Shown: positions 35,891 to 39,278 of the stretch, one piece after another
Numbering within the stretch: position 1 is the stretch's first letter
Layout: every line of letters starts with the position of its first letter
IMG/VR virus record: IMGVR_UViG_2690316285_000009
Reading direction: 5' to 3' (one strand)
DNA length: 39,278 bases
Source of the DNA: a virus
Lineage: Duplodnaviria > Heunggongvirae > Uroviricota > Caudoviricetes
Position numbers and translations under genes: made by a program
The notes under the pieces: generated by a model
The model's database searches: none
What the model saw: the letters and a program-made list of their open reading frames with translations, nothing else
Told to the model about the DNA's origin: nothing

Positions 35891-37981
35891 TCAGGCCAGA
35901 GGGTCATTTTCTTTTAATTTCGCTTCAAGCAGCTGCAATCCCCGCTGGAAATTACGCTCGTATTCTTCATCAGGTTCATCGTCAGCGACCGGTTGCTGAA
36001 CGATCACCGTATTACCCACAGGGCGGTATATATTTTCCAGCCACGGCTCCTGTGGCTTGTGCTCCAGCACGTTGACAATCTCATCCTCGGCATCACGGAT
36101 TTTTTCCTCTGCGCGTTTACGCATGCCTTTAAGGCGCTGCTGCTGTTTGTGGTATTCCGCGCTGACCGGGAAGGCTTCGCGTTTATTGCCGTCCCATACC
36201 GCCTCGCAAATCACGCTGCCATCCAGGCGACGTACGGTAATTCGTTCGGCATCATGAATGTCATAGCTGATAAGCACCTTACGACCATGCTCGTCACGCA
36301 GCTCGGGCGCGTAGTAAATATTATTCAGCCAGCGTATTTCACAGCGTCTTACAGGGCGTTCCACCATCGGCCGGAACATATCCCGCAGCTCAACATCGGA
36401 CAGCCATTCAATTTCCGTGTCCTCTTCCGCCAGGCGTTTTTTTCTGAACTCCGCCGGGCTGTAATGCTTGCCGTTCGGCTTCACCGGTAATTCATCGTGC
36501 GGCCGGTTGTTGTACCACTCAACACCATCACGAATGGCATCAATCAGTTCAGCCCAGGACGGTGAATCACGCATCGCTGACTGCTGCCGGGCGTTCAGCC
36601 GTTTGCCCTGTTGCAGGGCAGTAAATGCCGAGCGTAAATCGCGGTTGGTTTTGCGTAACGTCTCGCGATCTGCACCTTTCCCGAAATAGGTGCGGTATTT
36701 ACGGGCTATGCGCATCGGTAATGTGCGGTTAAGCCGTTCGATAATGCCTCGTCCCTGCGGATTACCGGCAATCCCGGTCGGGTGATTAATCCCCAGTCGC
36801 GGCAGTATCCCCACAACCTCCTTATCCAGGATGTCGGCGGTTTCCCCGGAGCCGTTATCCGAGTAATACAGAAACGGTTTGCCGTGATGGCGAATGCCGT
36901 GCTGTATGGCACCGGCTACGGCGAAAACATTTTCAGCCAGGTCAAGGCTCCAGCCCACCACAAAGCGCGTGCCACCGTCGATAACAAAGGTCACTTCCGG
37001 TGCAAATGGCCGACCGTGAACCGGGTGTGCGCATTTCAGCTTCATGCCGTGACCGTCACCAATCCAGACATAATTCACCGGCATTTTTGACCAGTCGCGG
37101 CGCGTGAATCCCTCAAGCTGGCGGTATTCACTGCCGGTCACCCGGCCTTTTTGTTTCACCACTTCCGGCAGTTTCTTCATTGCGCGGCGAATGGTGTCAT
37201 AAGACGGCATGATATCGAGCATATAAGGCTCATCAGCGTGCCGGTGCTGCCATTCAGCGACAAAATCCTCGTAAGCCTCGGTCATTGGTCGGCCGTTTGA
37301 CTGGCGATACTGCGCCAGAAATTCGGGCAGCCAGTTAATATCTTCGGCTTTTATTTCCTGGCGCTTACCCGGTGCCAGTAAAAGCAGGCGTTCAGCGGCG
37401 TTCTGCGCCTTGTTAAAGGCCGCAATCCAGCGTTTCAGCGTGATTTCACTTAACGCGCGGCTGTTTCCCTTTTTGGCGTTCGCCGTCTCAACCATTGCCA
37501 CAATGCGCTCGTCCAGCTGCGAACGTGCCAGGTTGTCAACGATAAACCGGATAGCCTTCGCACAGCTGAAACCAGGTTGTTGCGCGACTTTCAGAACTTC
37601 GCTGACGATCGCGATTCGTGCATCAGCCACCTGGCGCTGGTTTTCAGTCAGGGCATTAAGGCGTTCGACCATCAGTTGTGGTGATCCGCGATATGCCTCC
37701 ACCGCATCAACCACGGCAGGCGAGCGTCTGGCCTTTGTCACCACTGGAGCCGGTGATTCATCGACTTTTTGAGTCATCAGTTGCAGGGCGTAGCGTTCAC
37801 GTAATGCCTGCTGCGTCACTTCAGGTAAACAGTCGATGCTGTATTCAGTTGCTTTAGAGCCTGAGCGACGACGGGAACAACAGCTTTTCCCTTGTACGTA
37901 ACGTTGTAATGCCTGGCGAATACCTTTTGTTGTAGCAGGCATTCCGGGCGCACCAATCAGTTCTTTTGCAATGACATACAT
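35891..37981 (-). CDS. A: MuA-like DDE transposase
   Basis: 696-aa product with the ..WIGDGHGMKLK.. core region typical of the Mu transposase family; start abuts the ner stop codon. Confidence 0.9.
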   Translation of the reverse strand: MYVIAKELIGAPGMPATTKGIRQALQRYVQGKSCCSRRRSGSKATEYSIDCLPEVTQQALRERYALQLMTQKVDESPAPVVTKARRSPAVVDAVEAYRGSPQLMVERLNALTENQRQVADARIAIVSEVLKVAQQPGFSCAKAIRFIVDNLARSQLDERIVAMVETANAKKGNSRALSEITLKRWIAAFNKAQNAAERLLLLAPGKRQEIKAEDINWLPEFLAQYRQSNGRPMTEAYEDFVAEWQHRHADEPYMLDIMPSYDTIRRAMKKLPEVVKQKGRVTGSEYRQLEGFTRRDWSKMPVNYVWIGDGHGMKLKCAHPVHGRPFAPEVTFVIDGGTRFVVGWSLDLAENVFAVAGAIQHGIRHHGKPFLYYSDNGSGETADILDKEVVGILPRLGINHPTGIAGNPQGRGIIERLNRTLPMRIARKYRTYFGKGADRETLRKTNRDLRSAFTALQQGKRLNARQQSAMRDSPSWAELIDAIRDGVEWYNNRPHDELPVKPNGKHYSPAEFRKKRLAEEDTEIEWLSDVELRDMFRPMVERPVRRCEIRWLNNIYYAPELRDEHGRKVLISYDIHDAERITVRRLDGSVICEAVWDGNKREAFPVSAEYHKQQQRLKGMRKRAEEKIRDAEDEIVNVLEHKPQEPWLENIYRPVGNTVIVQQPVADDEPDEEYERNFQRGLQLLEAKLKENDPLA

Positions 37982-37982
37982 A

Positions 37983-38231
37983 TCATGACGCCTTTCTCAT
38001 ATAGCTCTTAACCTGGTATCGACTGGGCCAGATTTCTTCAGGCGATACCCCAAGAGCATCAGCAATTATTTGCTGATACGGTCGGCAAGGAGTACGTAAT
38101 ACGCTTTTCAGCGAATCCCTGCTGTAACCAGCCTTTAAAGATAAAGAGCGCAGTGATAAGCCAGCCATGTGTAAGCGCGCCTTGATGATTTCAGGCGGCC
38201 AATCGTGATCTGAAACTTCTCTTCTACTCAT
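37983..38231 (-). CDS. ner: Ner-like DNA-binding regulator
   Basis: 82-aa product with LSLRSLS..GYSRDSL..QIIADALGVSPEEIWPSRY, matching the Mu Ner pattern. Confidence 0.85.
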   Translation of the reverse strand: MSRREVSDHDWPPEIIKARLHMAGLSLRSLSLKAGYSRDSLKSVLRTPCRPYQQIIADALGVSPEEIWPSRYQVKSYMRKAS

Positions 38232-38398
38232 ACTTCCTCTATTCTAAAAAGTTACCCGCGCGGATATTCGTGCGGATATCTGTACGGGTAAATAATAGAA
38301 CAAACAAAAGAACCAAATCAAGGTATTTTGTTCTTTTTATTCTTTGCGGTGTTTTTGTTATTAATATCAATAAGATAAATAAAAAGGAACCTGAGAGC
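38232..38398. promoter_or_regulatory. Divergent early/repressor promoter-operator region between ner and c
   Basis: AT-rich 167-bp divergent intergenic region; dyad TTACCCG..CGGGTAA at 38252-38289 enclosing repeated CGGATAT units. Confidence 0.6.
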
Positions 38399-38983
38399 AT
38401 GAACATGAAAAACAGTTCTTTTCTCGACGAAGGAAAAGAACCAGTGATCGAACGGATTTTTCGTCTTGCAGAGCGTTACAAATCGAGAAGTGAGGCGGCT
38501 AGAGCATGGGGAATAAACGTTCAGACATTGCAGAACTACTACAAAAGGAGAAACAATCAGCCGCCACCACAACCAAGAAAGCACCATCTCCAGAACATTG
38601 CAGAAAGAGAACATGTATCTATGGAGTGGCTGGTCAATGGTTATGGTGATGAGCCAAGCATGAAAAAAGAACCAATTGAACAAACAAAAAGAACAAAAAA
38701 ACAAAGAATTGATGATAGTGATTCCATCATCATGAGGGCGTGGGACTCGCTAACTTCATCTGAACAAGAGATTTTGTCCAACTTATTGATCAGAAAAGGG
38801 GCCGAACTACTAACCGTTTTGCTTGATACAGATATTCAAAAACTGCACTCATTGAGCGGAGTCAAAAGAGCACTAGCATTGAGTCTACAAGAGTTACCCG
38901 ATGATACTGTAAGAGAGATTTATGAAGAATGTGAAGCTAAGGTTAATCATTTAAATGTAACCCAGAAAAAGGCTGGTGCGTAA
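38399..38983 (+). CDS. c: Mu-type repressor c (start proposed at ATG 38399; the ORF track extends to 38270)
   Basis: Divergent from ner/A/B; C-terminal part resembles the Mu repressor pattern; AAGGAA Shine-Dalgarno upstream of the ATG at 38399; the longer ORF would begin inside the operator region. Confidence 0.7.
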   Translation: MNMKNSSFLDEGKEPVIERIFRLAERYKSRSEAARAWGINVQTLQNYYKRRNNQPPPQPRKHHLQNIAEREHVSMEWLVNGYGDEPSMKKEPIEQTKRTKKQRIDDSDSIIMRAWDSLTSSEQEILSNLLIRKGAELLTVLLDTDIQKLHSLSGVKRALALSLQELPDDTVREIYEECEAKVNHLNVTQKKAGA

Positions 38984-39071
38984 GGGAGTGGTGCAATTTT
39001 TGTGCTGTAGTACACTCCTTTAAAGACAATCTGGAGAAAAACGTTTTAAGCCTTTTTAAGCGTCAATCCGT

Positions 39072-39227
39072 AGTATCAAAAGTTTTGCCGATTTTAGAAT
39101 AAACGATTAATTATTGCACAATCGGTATCAAATAGACTTTAAGCGCTCATCCAGACATCACCTGTTTTATTTCAGTATCTTACAGGTGATTTCACCTCCT
39201 TTCACTAAAACCCTCGTTGGTATCAAA
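39072..39227. repeat. Array of three GGTATCAAA/AGTATCAAA motifs (39072-39080, 39124-39132, 39219-39227) at the phage left end; putative transposase end-binding sites
   Basis: Reverse complements of the TTTGATAC(C/T) repeats at the other end, with a similar offset from the window edge. Confidence 0.6.
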
Positions 39228-39278
39228 TGATTCACCTGGTTACAGGCGTGTAAGTCGGCTATGCGGCGCATGGCCAGT

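Noticed and set aside
38270-38398. Longer 237-aa version of the repressor ORF
   Set aside because: The extra N-terminal 43 residues would be encoded inside the divergent operator region and lack a ribosome-binding site; the ATG at 38399 with AAGGAA upstream is more plausible.
1-39278. Site-specific integrase with att sites, tRNA genes, or a CRISPR array
   Set aside because: No tyrosine-integrase-like ORF, no tRNA-like structure and no spacer-repeat array seen; the element carries a DDE transposase and B ATPase, so it inserts by transposition.

Overview
The window is essentially one complete Mu-like transposable prophage (about 39 kb) lying in inverted orientation: the phage right end (mom/com side) is at the window start and the phage left end (repressor c, ner, transposase A, B) is at the window end. 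All calls come from reading the supplied ORF translations and the DNA by eye; no database search was run. Both termini carry arrays of a TTTGATAC(C/T) motif in inverted orientation, which I take to be transposase-binding end sites; the exact ends and any 5-bp target duplication could not be pinned down. From right to left in the window the order is: repressor c (+), operator region, ner, A, B, a run of small early genes including Gam, a GemA-like gene and a single Mor/C-family activator, then SAR-endolysin, spanins, TraR/DksA zinc finger, terminase, portal, Mu F/G/I/T head genes, sheath, tube, tape measure, N, baseplate, tail fibre, a Gin-type invertible segment, gin, and finally com-mom. The most unusual part is a roughly 3.4 kb cargo insertion between gin and com-mom (about 1100-4527). 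It encodes a 684-aa multi-domain protein with an SGNH/SASA-type carbohydrate O-acetylesterase core, followed by two tightly coupled small genes (one membrane protein) and a convergent AT-rich 97-aa gene. Secondary items are a minimal invertible segment carrying only one tail-fibre-assembly gene, an AT-rich early-region island with one gene inverted relative to the early operon, tandem paralogous small early genes, a duplicated C-terminal motif on two adjacent genes next to terminase, and paired GATC palindromes upstream of com. Four N-runs (12216-12232, 12370-12630, 16906-16925, 34837-34873) interrupt the tape-measure gene, a tail gene and a small early gene. No tRNA, rRNA, CRISPR array or integrase was seen.
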